Shown piece after piece: positions 8,047-17,332 of a stretch of 21,261 nucleotides of DNA (its first letter is position 1; each line of letters begins with the position of its first letter). The translations under genes and the position numbers were made by a program. A model generated the notes under the pieces. It ran no database searches. It was given only the letters and a program-made list of their open reading frames with translations, and had not been told where the DNA came from. The stretch is from Planctomycetota bacterium (GTDB lineage Bacteria > Planctomycetota > SZUA-567 > H5-PLA8): positions 1 to 21,261 of the forward strand of contig BTVV01000107.1 of NCBI GenBank assembly GCA_045863855.1, written 5' to 3'.

Positions 8047-9009
8047 GTGCACGATCTGAATCGAAATGCCGGGAAGCGCGCCTTTTCGGAGGTGCTTGAG
8101 GCGCTGGAGAAAAGCCTGAGCGAGGTTATTCGCGGCAAAGCGGATGCGTTGCGGCTGGTGCTGGTGGGCCTGCTGGCCGACGGGCACATTTTGCTGGAGG
8201 ACGTGCCCGGAACGGGCAAAACCACCCTGGCAAAAGCGCTCGCTAAGAGCATCGACGGGCGCTTCGCGCGCATCCAGTTCACGCCGGATCTGCTCCCCGC
8301 CGACGTTACGGGCAGTACTTATTACAATCCCAAGGAAGGAAAGTTCGAGTTTCGGCCGGGCCCGGTTTTTACGAATGTGCTCCTGGCCGACGAAATCAAT
8401 CGAACTAGCCCGCGCACGCAGTCGGCGCTATTGGAAGTCATGAGCGAGCGGCAAGTAACTGTGGATGGACAGCGCCATCCCATGGCTCAACCATTTTTCG
8501 TGATTGCCACGCAAAATCCCTCCGAGTTTCACGGCACATATCCATTGCCAGAAGCGCAACTCGACCGATTCATGTTGCGCGTTTCGCTGGGTCATCCGGA
8601 GCGTGCGCATGAGGTGGAGATTCTCTTTCGCCAGCAGGAGCGCGAACCCTTGGACGGGGTAGTACCGGTCGTCACTGGCGCAGAAGTTCTGGAACTGCAA
8701 GCGGCGGTGCGCAAAGTCCATGTCGAGACCGCGGTGGCGGAATACATTGTGGCGCTGGTGGATGCGTTGCGCAGCGACACGCGTCTGCGTCTTGGCGCGA
8801 GTACACGCGGCAGCATGGCGTTGTTTCGCTGCGCACAGGCCCGTGCCCGGATTGCGGGACGCGACCATGCTCAGCCAGAGGATGTCCGTGCCTTGGCGAT
8901 TGCGGTGCTGGCTCATCGCGTGCAACTCGATACGAAAGCGCGGTACGGCGGCGCGACGGGATCCCAGGTGGTCGAAGACGCGATTGCGGCGGTGCCGGTG
9001 CCGCGCTGA
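8047..9009 (+). CDS. moxR: MoxR-family AAA+ ATPase
   Basis: GHILLEDVPGTGKT (Walker A), RIQFTPDLLPADVTG, LLADEINR (Walker B), TQSALLEVM, ATQNP...GTYPLPEAQLDRF. AAAGGA at 8035-8040 favours GTG 8047; ATG 8041 is the alternative. The track start at 7309 overlaps the upstream gene. Confidence 0.95.
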   Translation: MHDLNRNAGKRAFSEVLEALEKSLSEVIRGKADALRLVLVGLLADGHILLEDVPGTGKTTLAKALAKSIDGRFARIQFTPDLLPADVTGSTYYNPKEGKFEFRPGPVFTNVLLADEINRTSPRTQSALLEVMSERQVTVDGQRHPMAQPFFVIATQNPSEFHGTYPLPEAQLDRFMLRVSLGHPERAHEVEILFRQQEREPLDGVVPVVTGAEVLELQAAVRKVHVETAVAEYIVALVDALRSDTRLRLGASTRGSMALFRCAQARARIAGRDHAQPEDVRALAIAVLAHRVQLDTKARYGGATGSQVVEDAIAAVPVPR

Positions 9010-9019
9010 GCCATCTGGG

Positions 9020-10756
9020 TCAAGGTTCGCCGGACCATTGCCCGTTGAACGGATTGGCCGCACGCGAATAACGTATTTCGCGTTTTACCCGATAAGCTTC
9101 GTACCTTTCGGGGTCGGCGTTGCCGAACGCAAACGGCAAAGGCCCCCAGATTTCGGCGTAAAATCCCGCGCCCAATCGGCGGCTGGCGACGGATACGCCC
9201 GGCATAAGCGGCGCGACCGGATGGTCCAGGAGTTCCAGCTTTTCGACGGGTGGTCTGTATCCCGAAGCATTGTCATGCGGGATCAGCAAAATGTCCCCCG
9301 GGGCCATGCGGCAATCGAAGGCATCGATTGCTTTGGCGCCGCGCGCTTCGAGATACCACTGAAAGCCCCAATGCCCGAAGAACCAGATGTTCGGCGCGCG
9401 GCCGGTGTAGCGTTCGGCCAGCGTCTGGGCCATGTCGCGTTGCGATATCGCCCAACGATAGTCGGCGCAAATCAGCGCCAGACCCAGTGCGACGCCCGTA
9501 ACGCAAGCGAGGCGGCATGCGCGAATGGGAACCGGAGGTTCTGAAGGCACGAGCCTTTCGATGCGCCGTGCAGCAAGCAAGGCGGCGGCGGGCACCAGCG
9601 GCAGCAGCGCTCGGCCGCTGGCCGTCCAATTCAAAAAGGAAGCGAAGACGAATACGCCGGCGATCCAGCAAGCCAGGGTGAGTCCCAAGGCATCCCAGTC
9701 GCGGCGCAGTTCGGCGCAGGCAAGCGCGAGAACGTGAACGCCGGCAGCGCTGAACAGTGCCAGGTGTGCGAGACGCGAGGCGTGCATGCGAGCGTCTCCG
9801 CCGAGGGCGACCTTACGGAGGGATTCGTCGGCGAAGAGCAGGAAAAGCAGCGCCAGCACAAACCAGACTCCGGCCACCAGCAGCGCTTGTCGGGGCGACC
9901 AAGTCCAAGGCGCGAGAATTAAAAACGGCAGCAGGCACCCGCCAAGATAGGAAATTCCCAGCGTGAGGTATTCGGGCATGCGCGACCACGTACGCGGCCG
10001 CACCATAGCCGAGTATTCGCTCATCAAGTTCAATGCGCCGTGTTCGTATTGCCGTTCGAACCAGATGAAATAGGCCGCGCAGGCCAATACGCCTAGCGCC
10101 AGGATGGCCCACCCACGCACCGCGGACCGCCAGCCCAGCTTGGGAATTGAAAAGAGCGTATAGGCGGCCAAGAGCGGATAAAGGCTCAGCCCATTGTACT
10201 TGGTGAGCACCGCGAGAACGCTGCACGCGCCGCCGGCCCAAAGCCAGCGCGCTCGGCGGCCTTCCAATCCCCAACGCCAGCAGAGCACGGCCAGAACCCA
10301 CCACGCCACGAGGGGCACGTCGGCCATCAAGGTGCTGGATGAGAGCAAGAAAACCGGCGCAGCGACCACAAAATACGCCGCCCATCTCGGTTCACGCAAA
10401 ATGCCGCGCGCCAAGGCATACGTACCCACGACACAGGCCATCGAAGCTGGCAACAGCGCCAGATGCAGCACCGCTTCGTGAATGCCGGCTCCCGCGATCC
10501 AAACGGCGAGGTAGTACGAAAGTCCCGGCGGGCTGAGGTGGATCCAATGCATCGGAGTAAGGATCCCATCCCAGTTGATCGAGACGCCGAACGGATCGAG
10601 TGGAGCATTCAGGATCGCTTGCGCCTGCCAGATGAAAGTGGGATCGTCGAGGTGAATTGGTTTGGCGATAAAGGGCAGCAGGCAGGCCAGCAGCGTGCCG
10701 CACACGAGTGCGAGGTCGCGTCGCAGGGTCGGCGCTTGGGGCAGCAGTTCGGGCAC
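9020..10756 (-). CDS. GT-C fold membrane glycosyltransferase (ArnT/PMT-like, GT39/GT83 type)
   Basis: About 12 TM segments. Acidic DD motif after TM1 (KPIHLDDPTF), SPPGLSYY, STLMADVP, LAVLTKYNG, and a soluble C-terminal domain. Confidence 0.8.
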   Translation of the reverse strand: MPELLPQAPTLRRDLALVCGTLLACLLPFIAKPIHLDDPTFIWQAQAILNAPLDPFGVSINWDGILTPMHWIHLSPPGLSYYLAVWIAGAGIHEAVLHLALLPASMACVVGTYALARGILREPRWAAYFVVAAPVFLLSSSTLMADVPLVAWWVLAVLCWRWGLEGRRARWLWAGGACSVLAVLTKYNGLSLYPLLAAYTLFSIPKLGWRSAVRGWAILALGVLACAAYFIWFERQYEHGALNLMSEYSAMVRPRTWSRMPEYLTLGISYLGGCLLPFLILAPWTWSPRQALLVAGVWFVLALLFLLFADESLRKVALGGDARMHASRLAHLALFSAAGVHVLALACAELRRDWDALGLTLACWIAGVFVFASFLNWTASGRALLPLVPAAALLAARRIERLVPSEPPVPIRACRLACVTGVALGLALICADYRWAISQRDMAQTLAERYTGRAPNIWFFGHWGFQWYLEARGAKAIDAFDCRMAPGDILLIPHDNASGYRPPVEKLELLDHPVAPLMPGVSVASRRLGAGFYAEIWGPLPFAFGNADPERYEAYRVKREIRYSRAANPFNGQWSGEP

Positions 10757-10768
10757 GGCCCCAGTGTA
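10757..10768 (-). promoter_or_regulatory. -10 box of a probable leaderless transcript
   Basis: TACACT (10763-10768) lies 6 nt before the GTG start, with no clear SD sequence. Confidence 0.45.
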
Positions 10769-10804
10769 ACGCGTCTGGGCGGCATTGAAAACCGACGGGC
10801 GAAC

Positions 10805-12709
10805 CTAGGTCCGCTCGCGGATCCAAACTCGCATCTCGCCGGGCTTGCGGTTGCCCCAAAGCCCATAGGGAATGGCCCGCACACGCTGAGCGCGCGATCG
10901 CGTTGCACGCACCGCATACAGCGCACCGTTCCAGGCTTCGCTTCCTCCTTGAAAGGCCTTCGCTTCAAGAACGATGTGACCGCCTAATTCTTTAGCGCGA
11001 GCAGGCTTGGGGAGCACACGCTCCGGAAGCGTGATGTGGTCCAGATTCGGTCCGTTGTCGCATTGTTCGAGACAATACAGCACCGGTCCACGCTGGAGCG
11101 CGACTCGCCCTGCGTTCTCGGCTACGAGCGGGTGTGCGCGCACCTTATCAACCGGCATCGCCAGATCGAGAACGAGACGATCCCCCGCTTGCCATACTCG
11201 CGACAAGTGCGCGTAGCCTTTTCTGAGGATAAAGGCATGCGGCTTTCCGTTCAGAGCCAGCCTTGCATCTCGACACCAACCGGGAATACGCAGTGCAATG
11301 CTGAATTTTGCAGGCCGCTGGGGCGCGACGTCGATACGCACGCGTCCGGCCCAAGGATACTCGGTTCGCTGCTCGATCGAGACCGGTACGCCTCCACACG
11401 TAAAATCGGCACGGCTGGGCATGTAGAGGTGAATCCAGACGGCTTGCGTCTCCGTGGCGTAAATATAGCGAGGCAGGGATGCCAGGATGCGGGCTATGTT
11501 GGGCGGACAGCAGGCGCACCAAAACCAAGGCTGTCTCGTGGGCCGAACGTGATCGCCGTGCCCGTTTCTGAAATGCGCGCTGACCGCTAAGGGATTGGCG
11601 TAGAAGAATTTCGTCCCGCTTCGGGAGACGCTGGCGAGGACGTTGTTGTAAAGGACGCGTTCCAGAACATCGGCATAGCGCCCGTCACGTTCCATACGCA
11701 GCATGCGCTCGGCCCAGAAGACCAGCCCAATCGCGGCGCAGGATTCGGCATATGCGGCTTCGTTGGGTAAATCGTAATCGACCGTAAACCGTTCGCCCTG
11801 GGCACTTGAACCCACTCCGCCGTGTGCGTACATGCGCCGTTGTGTGACGTTTTCCCACAAATCCCGACAAGCTTTTCGAAGGGCACGGTCGCCGGTTTCG
11901 GCGGCCAAGTCGGCCATCGCGCAGTAAAGATACATGGCGCGCACGGCATGACCTTCGGCGGTTTTCTGTTGGCGCACCGGACGATGCGCTTGGCAGTAGG
12001 CGTGTTCGAATTTCGGTATTTCGCCGCGCGCCTGCGCTTCGGTGTCAAAGAAGCAAGGCGAGCGGCCGCGTTCGTCGATAAAGAAGCGCGCGAGATCCAG
12101 ATAGCGTCGTTCGCCGGTGACGCGATACAAGCGCACGAGCGCCAACTCGATTTCCTGATGCCCGTCGTAGCCGCGGATCTGGCCCGGATTGGGACCGAAT
12201 GTCCGGGCGATGAGGTCCGCGAAGCGGCAGAGGGCGTCGAGCAAGTCACGCTCCCCGGTGGCTTCGAACCAAGCCACGGCGGCTTCGATCAGATGCCCAG
12301 CAGTATACAGTTCATGAAAGTCGCGAAGATTGGTGAACTTCTTCTCCTGATCGAGTTGCGAAAAGTACGAATGAATATATCCGTCGGGTTGCTGTGCGGA
12401 AACGATCAGGTCGGCCACGCGCCGCCCCATCTTGTAGATCTTGGAATCGTGGCGCTCTTGCAAGGCATACGCCACCGCTTCGAGCCACTTGGCTACATCG
12501 CTATCCCAAAACCAGTGCGGGCGTTTCGGATTTCCGGGCTTCCACTTCAGTTCAAGCGCTTCAAACCGTCCCGTTTCCTCGCAGCAGCGATATTCGTAGG
12601 GCAAAGTTGCCCGGCGGTTGGTGTTCATGCGTTCGCGCCACATTCCAGCGGTAATGCGAACCGAACTAAGGGGCAACGAGTCAAGGATTTTAACGGGAAG
12701 GGTGCTCAT
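10805..12709 (-). CDS. Glycoside hydrolase family 127 (beta-L-arabinofuranosidase-like, DUF1680)
   Basis: FWDSDVAKWLEAVAY, HELYTAGHLIEAAVA, GHQEIELALVRLY, GHAVRAMYLY, GERFT, YAESCAAIG, WFWCACCPPNIAR (Zn-binding Cys/Glu and nucleophile Cys motifs of HypBA1-type enzymes). True start ATG 12709 (MSTLPVK) with GAAAGG upstream. No signal peptide. Confidence 0.95.
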   Translation of the reverse strand: MSTLPVKILDSLPLSSVRITAGMWRERMNTNRRATLPYEYRCCEETGRFEALELKWKPGNPKRPHWFWDSDVAKWLEAVAYALQERHDSKIYKMGRRVADLIVSAQQPDGYIHSYFSQLDQEKKFTNLRDFHELYTAGHLIEAAVAWFEATGERDLLDALCRFADLIARTFGPNPGQIRGYDGHQEIELALVRLYRVTGERRYLDLARFFIDERGRSPCFFDTEAQARGEIPKFEHAYCQAHRPVRQQKTAEGHAVRAMYLYCAMADLAAETGDRALRKACRDLWENVTQRRMYAHGGVGSSAQGERFTVDYDLPNEAAYAESCAAIGLVFWAERMLRMERDGRYADVLERVLYNNVLASVSRSGTKFFYANPLAVSAHFRNGHGDHVRPTRQPWFWCACCPPNIARILASLPRYIYATETQAVWIHLYMPSRADFTCGGVPVSIEQRTEYPWAGRVRIDVAPQRPAKFSIALRIPGWCRDARLALNGKPHAFILRKGYAHLSRVWQAGDRLVLDLAMPVDKVRAHPLVAENAGRVALQRGPVLYCLEQCDNGPNLDHITLPERVLPKPARAKELGGHIVLEAKAFQGGSEAWNGALYAVRATRSRAQRVRAIPYGLWGNRKPGEMRVWIRERT

Positions 12710-12832
12710 GCGTGGGCCTTTCCATGAAGTATGCCTATCTTTACCCTGCGCAGATGGTTTGCCACAAGGCGACGAAGGAGTATAAAAACGACACGATTCC
12801 GACATTCGGGATCGATGGGGACCATACGGACC

Positions 12833-13669
12833 ATGGCCGGTGCGGAATTCCTCGAACTGGAGTACGCGCGAGCTGTGAAGGCGCTTAACGCGGGACTCTT
12901 CGTCTCGCGCGGTCAAGGTATTCATCCGGATCGCCGTATCGACAGCTATGAATTGATCCTGGTCAAGCGCGGCACTTTGCATTTGGCAGAAGAGGCTCAA
13001 TCGTTCGCAATTGGCGCGGGCGAGACCTTGCTGCTCTGGCCTCAGCGACGCCATTGGGGTACGCAACCCTATGGACGGGAACTCTCCTTCTACTGGATTC
13101 ACTTCCGTTTGCCTGATCCGTTGAAGTCCCGAAGCAAACCTGAAAACGCATGGCGAATACCGCAGGTTTCGACGCCCGCCAGGCTTGAGCGCCTGACGGA
13201 ACTCATGCACCGATTTCTGGACGATCAAACCTCGAATTCGGGAGCGCCAGGCTCCGCCGATTTGCTGGTAACGATGATGTTGTGCGAAGTCGCCGCGGCG
13301 AAACCGGCCGGCGTTCCGCATGCCGCGGCGAACCTGGCCGGGCGAGCCGATTCCTACCTTGCGCGGCACTTTCGAGACGCGGAGCTTAGCACGTCGGTCG
13401 TTGCCGATGCACTGGATTGCAATCCGGACTATCTGGGACGAATCTATAAACAGGTTTACGGCCGCACGCTCACCGACAACCTCCATCGCCGGCGAATTCA
13501 GGATGCCGGGGCATTACTGCGGGAAGGCGGATCGAGTGTCGAAGCGGTGGCGGAAGAGTGCGGGTTTTCCAATGCGGGGTACTTCCGGCGTATCTTTCGC
13601 CGGCTTACGGGACTGACGCCGCGTGCGTACCGGCGGCTGTATGCGCGGATGCATATCAATTCCAGGTAA
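12833..13669 (+). CDS. AraC-family transcriptional regulator
   Basis: N-terminal cupin ligand domain (HPDRRIDSYELILVKRG...FYWIHF). C-terminal double HTH (VADALDCNPDYLGRIYKQVYG...VAEECGFSNAGYFRRIFRRLTGLTPRAYR). Divergent from GH127. Start ATG 12833 or 12815. Confidence 0.95.
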   Translation: MAGAEFLELEYARAVKALNAGLFVSRGQGIHPDRRIDSYELILVKRGTLHLAEEAQSFAIGAGETLLLWPQRRHWGTQPYGRELSFYWIHFRLPDPLKSRSKPENAWRIPQVSTPARLERLTELMHRFLDDQTSNSGAPGSADLLVTMMLCEVAAAKPAGVPHAAANLAGRADSYLARHFRDAELSTSVVADALDCNPDYLGRIYKQVYGRTLTDNLHRRRIQDAGALLREGGSSVEAVAEECGFSNAGYFRRIFRRLTGLTPRAYRRLYARMHINSR

Positions 13670-13685
13670 CCAGACCTTGAAGCGA

Positions 13686-15080
13686 CTAAAGGCTTCCTGA
13701 GCCGAGCAGCATATGCTTAGCCCACACGGTATTGAATAGCGGGTCCGCGATAGCCGAAAATTCATTCCACATCTTGCGGCGATATTCGGCCAGAACTTCA
13801 GCACATTCGCGGTGTGCCGCCCGGTTGTTCAACTCCGCCGGGTCGGCCGCGAGGTCGTAAAGCTCGTCTTCGTCAGTTGGATTCCAGACATACTTCCATG
13901 CATAGTCGCGATACATGCGTTGGGAGTAAAGCCCGAACTGGCCGCCGTGATAACAGGCCAGCAGCCGTTCGCGGTAGGAGTGGCGGTCGTCGCCGCCTTG
14001 AAGCACTGGCACCGGTGACCGACCGGAGTAGGTCGCGGGAACCGTTCCTGTCGCAAGTTCGGCAAAGGTGGAAGCCAAGTCCAAGGCGTTGCTCACGAAG
14101 CCGTCGTATCGTTTTCCCGCAGGGGCCACACCGGGCCAACGCGCAAGCATCGGAACCCGAACAATATCGTCGTACAGGTTGCAGTGCTTATCATACATCC
14201 CGTGTGCGCCGGTCATGTCCCCGTGATCGGTGGAGTAGATAACCAGCGTGCGTTCGGCAAGCCCCGTCTCGTCCAGGGCGCCTAGCAACTCACCGACTTG
14301 CGCATCGATGAAGCTGACCAGTCCGAGGTATCCGGCGGTCTGACGGTCCCAATAGCCGCGCCACGGCTTTCCTTCGAGTTCCCATACTTTGCGCATCTGG
14401 CGCTGCTGGCGCGGTTTTCCGCGCAATTCGTCAGAAAAATTCGGCCACGGTTCGATGCTTTCCGGCGCATACATGTGCGCAAAAGGCGCACATGCGTGGT
14501 AAGGCGGATGCGGCTCTTCGTAATTGACCGTCAGAAAAAAGGGCTGTTGGGCGCTCGCCGCGCGCTTGAGAAAGTCTTGGCCCATCCGCGTCATGCGGGT
14601 GGCGTGCTGCTCTTCAAACGATTCAGGGCGCTCCACCGGAAGTGCCGGGGGCATCTCGCTGTTGCCCTCGGCGGGAGGCTTGAATTTCAGCATGGGCGGG
14701 TTGCCAAATTCGTCGAAACCGATATCCCCAGGCTTAAAGCGGCTCGATACGTGCCATTTGCCTAGGTGCGAAGACCGATAGCCCGCTTGGCGTAAGAGGT
14801 GGGGATACCACTCCTGCTTCAAATCCGGTTGAGCATTCAATTCACTGACGTTGAAGTTGGTGAGCCCGCCGTGATGAACGGGCCAGCGTCCGCTGGCCAG
14901 TGACTGCCTGGCCGGCGCGCAGACGGGAGTATTGCAACCTGCGTGCGTAAAGGCAATCCCCTCGCGGGCGAGCCGGTCGAGGTTCGGCGTTCGAATCAAC
15001 GGGTGACCGGCGTATCCGGTGCAATCGTGCCGGTGCTGATCGCTAAGGATAAACAGGATATTGGGGCGTATGGCCAGCAT
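13686..15080 (-). CDS. Cys-type formylglycine-dependent sulfatase (cytoplasmic)
   Basis: RPNILFILSDQHR, TPNLDRLAREG, active-site motif CAPARQSLASG (CxPxR), GKWH, STDHGD, ELYDLAADPAEL. Start ATG 15080. No signal peptide. Confidence 0.95.
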   Translation of the reverse strand: MLAIRPNILFILSDQHRHDCTGYAGHPLIRTPNLDRLAREGIAFTHAGCNTPVCAPARQSLASGRWPVHHGGLTNFNVSELNAQPDLKQEWYPHLLRQAGYRSSHLGKWHVSSRFKPGDIGFDEFGNPPMLKFKPPAEGNSEMPPALPVERPESFEEQHATRMTRMGQDFLKRAASAQQPFFLTVNYEEPHPPYHACAPFAHMYAPESIEPWPNFSDELRGKPRQQRQMRKVWELEGKPWRGYWDRQTAGYLGLVSFIDAQVGELLGALDETGLAERTLVIYSTDHGDMTGAHGMYDKHCNLYDDIVRVPMLARWPGVAPAGKRYDGFVSNALDLASTFAELATGTVPATYSGRSPVPVLQGGDDRHSYRERLLACYHGGQFGLYSQRMYRDYAWKYVWNPTDEDELYDLAADPAELNNRAAHRECAEVLAEYRRKMWNEFSAIADPLFNTVWAKHMLLGSGSL

Positions 15081-15100
15081 GCGAGGTTCTCGATGGAAAT

Positions 15101-16009
15101 TCAGATTTCGGGTTCGATCCACTTCACGCGCGCAGACTCGGCCAGCCCTTCGCGATAGGTCGGGAACTTAAGCGTGTAACCGAATTCGCGCTTCACCTTG
15201 GTGTTTCGGACGCGCTTGTTGCTCTGCTTCACCAGTTCGGCGCACGCGTCGGCAGGCGCTTTGAAATCGACCGGTGGGTGCGCCACGCTCATCAGATCGG
15301 CGATGGCATTCACGTAATCGCCTCCTCGTTGAGGTTCGTCGTCCGAAAGATTGTACGCCTCTCCCACCCGGCCCTTTTCCAGAGCCAGCACCAACAACTC
15401 GAGGAAATCGTCGATGTAAATCCGATTCATGACTTTATCTGGATCCCAAGTCAGGCGATACGTACCCGAAGCGATCTTCTCGTTGATGACGCCTTGCGGC
15501 CGATAGATGGAAGCGGGGCGAAAAATAACAACCGGCAAACCGTTCAGCCGATGCGCTTCCAGCAGCAGGTTTTCGACGGATACCCGAAGCTTTCCCATGG
15601 CCGAAGCTGGATCGCGCGGCGCATCTTCGTCGAGCCATTCACCGTCGGTTTGCCCGTAAACCGCCGTACTGCTCTCGTACACATAGCGCTTCAACGAAAC
15701 GCCTTCGAGTGCCGACAAAAGATTGCGCGTTCCCTTTAGATGCAGTTGCTCCAACTGCTCGGGCGAGCCCTGCATACTGCCCATGAGGTGGTAGACGGTG
15801 TCGATTCCGGAGCCGATGTCGCGCAGCGAATGGGGATCGAGGACATCCCCCAAGTGCGGTTCTATGCCCAAAGCCTTGAGCTTGGGTAGATTCGCCTCTT
15901 TACGTGAAAGTCCGCGAACGGTGTGACCTATGGAGATCAGGCGCTTGGCCAGCCGCCGGCCGCGATATCCGCAACCGACGATGAGCACACTTCTGCGAGA
16001 GCTGGACAT
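15101..16009 (-). CDS. NAD-dependent epimerase/dehydratase family protein (atypical SDR, YeeZ-like)
   Basis: LIVGCGYRG Rossmann motif, YESSTAVYG, RPASIY, NRIYIDD, YNLSDDEP, KFPTYREGL. No canonical YxxxK. GGAG RBS. Confidence 0.88.
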   Translation of the reverse strand: MSSSRRSVLIVGCGYRGRRLAKRLISIGHTVRGLSRKEANLPKLKALGIEPHLGDVLDPHSLRDIGSGIDTVYHLMGSMQGSPEQLEQLHLKGTRNLLSALEGVSLKRYVYESSTAVYGQTDGEWLDEDAPRDPASAMGKLRVSVENLLLEAHRLNGLPVVIFRPASIYRPQGVINEKIASGTYRLTWDPDKVMNRIYIDDFLELLVLALEKGRVGEAYNLSDDEPQRGGDYVNAIADLMSVAHPPVDFKAPADACAELVKQSNKRVRNTKVKREFGYTLKFPTYREGLAESARVKWIEPEI

Positions 16010-16091
16010 GGGGCGTGCTCCGAAAGAGAAGAACCGTTAGCTTAGCGCAGACCTAATCCGGAGCAATCGTACCTCCGGTTGTTTCCGCTAT

Positions 16092-16424
16092 TTACGTGCG
16101 AGGCGGCACTTCGCCCGGCTTCAGCTCATAGCGGCTGCCGTCGGCAAAATCTATGTCGAGATGCTTGGCATTTAATCGGAAAAGCTTGATCGTGTTCAGA
16201 ATCGAATGTGCGGATCCGTATTCTTGCTCGGCGCCCAACGGACCCAGCGCAAAGGCCTTGCGTTCGGTGCCGCGATGCAGGAAGGCCAGACGCGTCTGGT
16301 CGGCGAGGGTTACCTGTGCTTCGCTGAAATCGGCATTGGTCTGCCATTCGGCAAAGGCCAGTCGCAGGTGCTCGGCAGCGGAAAGTCCAAGGGGCTCAGG
16401 TGGCGGCGCATCGGGAGATATCAT
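16092..16424 (-). CDS. Hypothetical protein (110 aa)
   Basis: Fills the gap between two genes. Protein-like C-terminal part of track ORF 16092..16931 (MISPDAPPPEP...FRLNAKHLDIDFADGSRYEL). TACACT -10 box lies 6 nt before ATG 16424. Confidence 0.7.
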   Translation of the reverse strand: MISPDAPPPEPLGLSAAEHLRLAFAEWQTNADFSEAQVTLADQTRLAFLHRGTERKAFALGPLGAEQEYGSAHSILNTIKLFRLNAKHLDIDFADGSRYELKPGEVPPRT

Positions 16425-16587
16425 GCCGTCAGTGTAGCGGCAAAACGCTGGACGACCAGGAAGCAAGCAGGAGTGGTTATGGACAGGGGCCGCCATTCGG
16501 ACTGAACGATTCCTGTTGTTCCTCCATGCATTGTGGATAGAAGTTATTCTAAATCGAAGAACAACCTCACCAGAAAAGGAGCACGCG

Positions 16588-17319
16588 ATGCGATTGCAGG
16601 GCAAGACGGCATTGATTACCGGCGGTGGATCGGGCATCGGCGCGGCTTGTGCTCTGGCTTTAGCGGAAGAAGGCTGTCGCGGGGCGATTTGCGGTAGGCA
16701 GGCGTCTACGCTGGCAGAGACCGCCGCCCGGCATAAAGGCGAACCCCCTATCCTTACGCGCGTGTGCGATGTCGCGGACCGCAAGGCCGCGCGCGAACTG
16801 GTGGCATGGGCCGAACAGGAACTCGGCCGCATCGACATCTTGCTGAACGCAGCGGGCGTGAACGTACCCAATCGAACCTTCAAGGATCTGTCGCCCGAAG
16901 ACTGGGATCGGCTGCTGGCGATCAACACCACCGGCGCCTTTCACACGATCTTCTTCGCGTCGCCGGCAATGCGTGCGCGAAAAGACGGCTTGATCGTGAA
17001 CATTGGATCCACGGCCGGAAAGCGCGCCAACTCGCTGGGCGGCATCGCCTACAACGCGAGCAAGTTCGCGCTGGCGGGATTGAGCACCAGCGCATCCGAC
17101 GAGTTTCGTGAAGACGGGGTGCGCGTGACGACGATCCACCCGGGGGAAGTCGAAACGCCCATCCTGCGCTTTAGGGCCAAATCGCCGACGCCCGAACATC
17201 GCGCAAAGATGATGCAGCCCGAAGATGTGGCCGCGGCGGTTCTGTTGGTCTGTACGCTCCCCGCACGCGCGAACGTGCTGGAAATGGTGATTAAACCTAC
17301 GGCTCAAGCGTTCGTTTGA
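16588..17319 (+). CDS. Classical SDR family oxidoreductase
   Basis: TGGGSGIG, DILLNAAG, NIGS, YNASK, IHPGEVETP. AAGGAG RBS before ATG 16588. Confidence 0.95.
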   Translation: MRLQGKTALITGGGSGIGAACALALAEEGCRGAICGRQASTLAETAARHKGEPPILTRVCDVADRKAARELVAWAEQELGRIDILLNAAGVNVPNRTFKDLSPEDWDRLLAINTTGAFHTIFFASPAMRARKDGLIVNIGSTAGKRANSLGGIAYNASKFALAGLSTSASDEFREDGVRVTTIHPGEVETPILRFRAKSPTPEHRAKMMQPEDVAAAVLLVCTLPARANVLEMVIKPTAQAFV

Positions 17320-17332
17320 AACCGCGCGGGTT

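Noticed and set aside
12710..13486. N-terminal extension making GH127 893 aa (apparent fusion)
   Set aside because: It is antisense to the AraC gene. GH127 similarity and the RBS begin at 12709.
16425..16931. Extension of the 16092 ORF to 279 aa
   Set aside because: It is mostly the antisense of the SDR gene and its promoter region.
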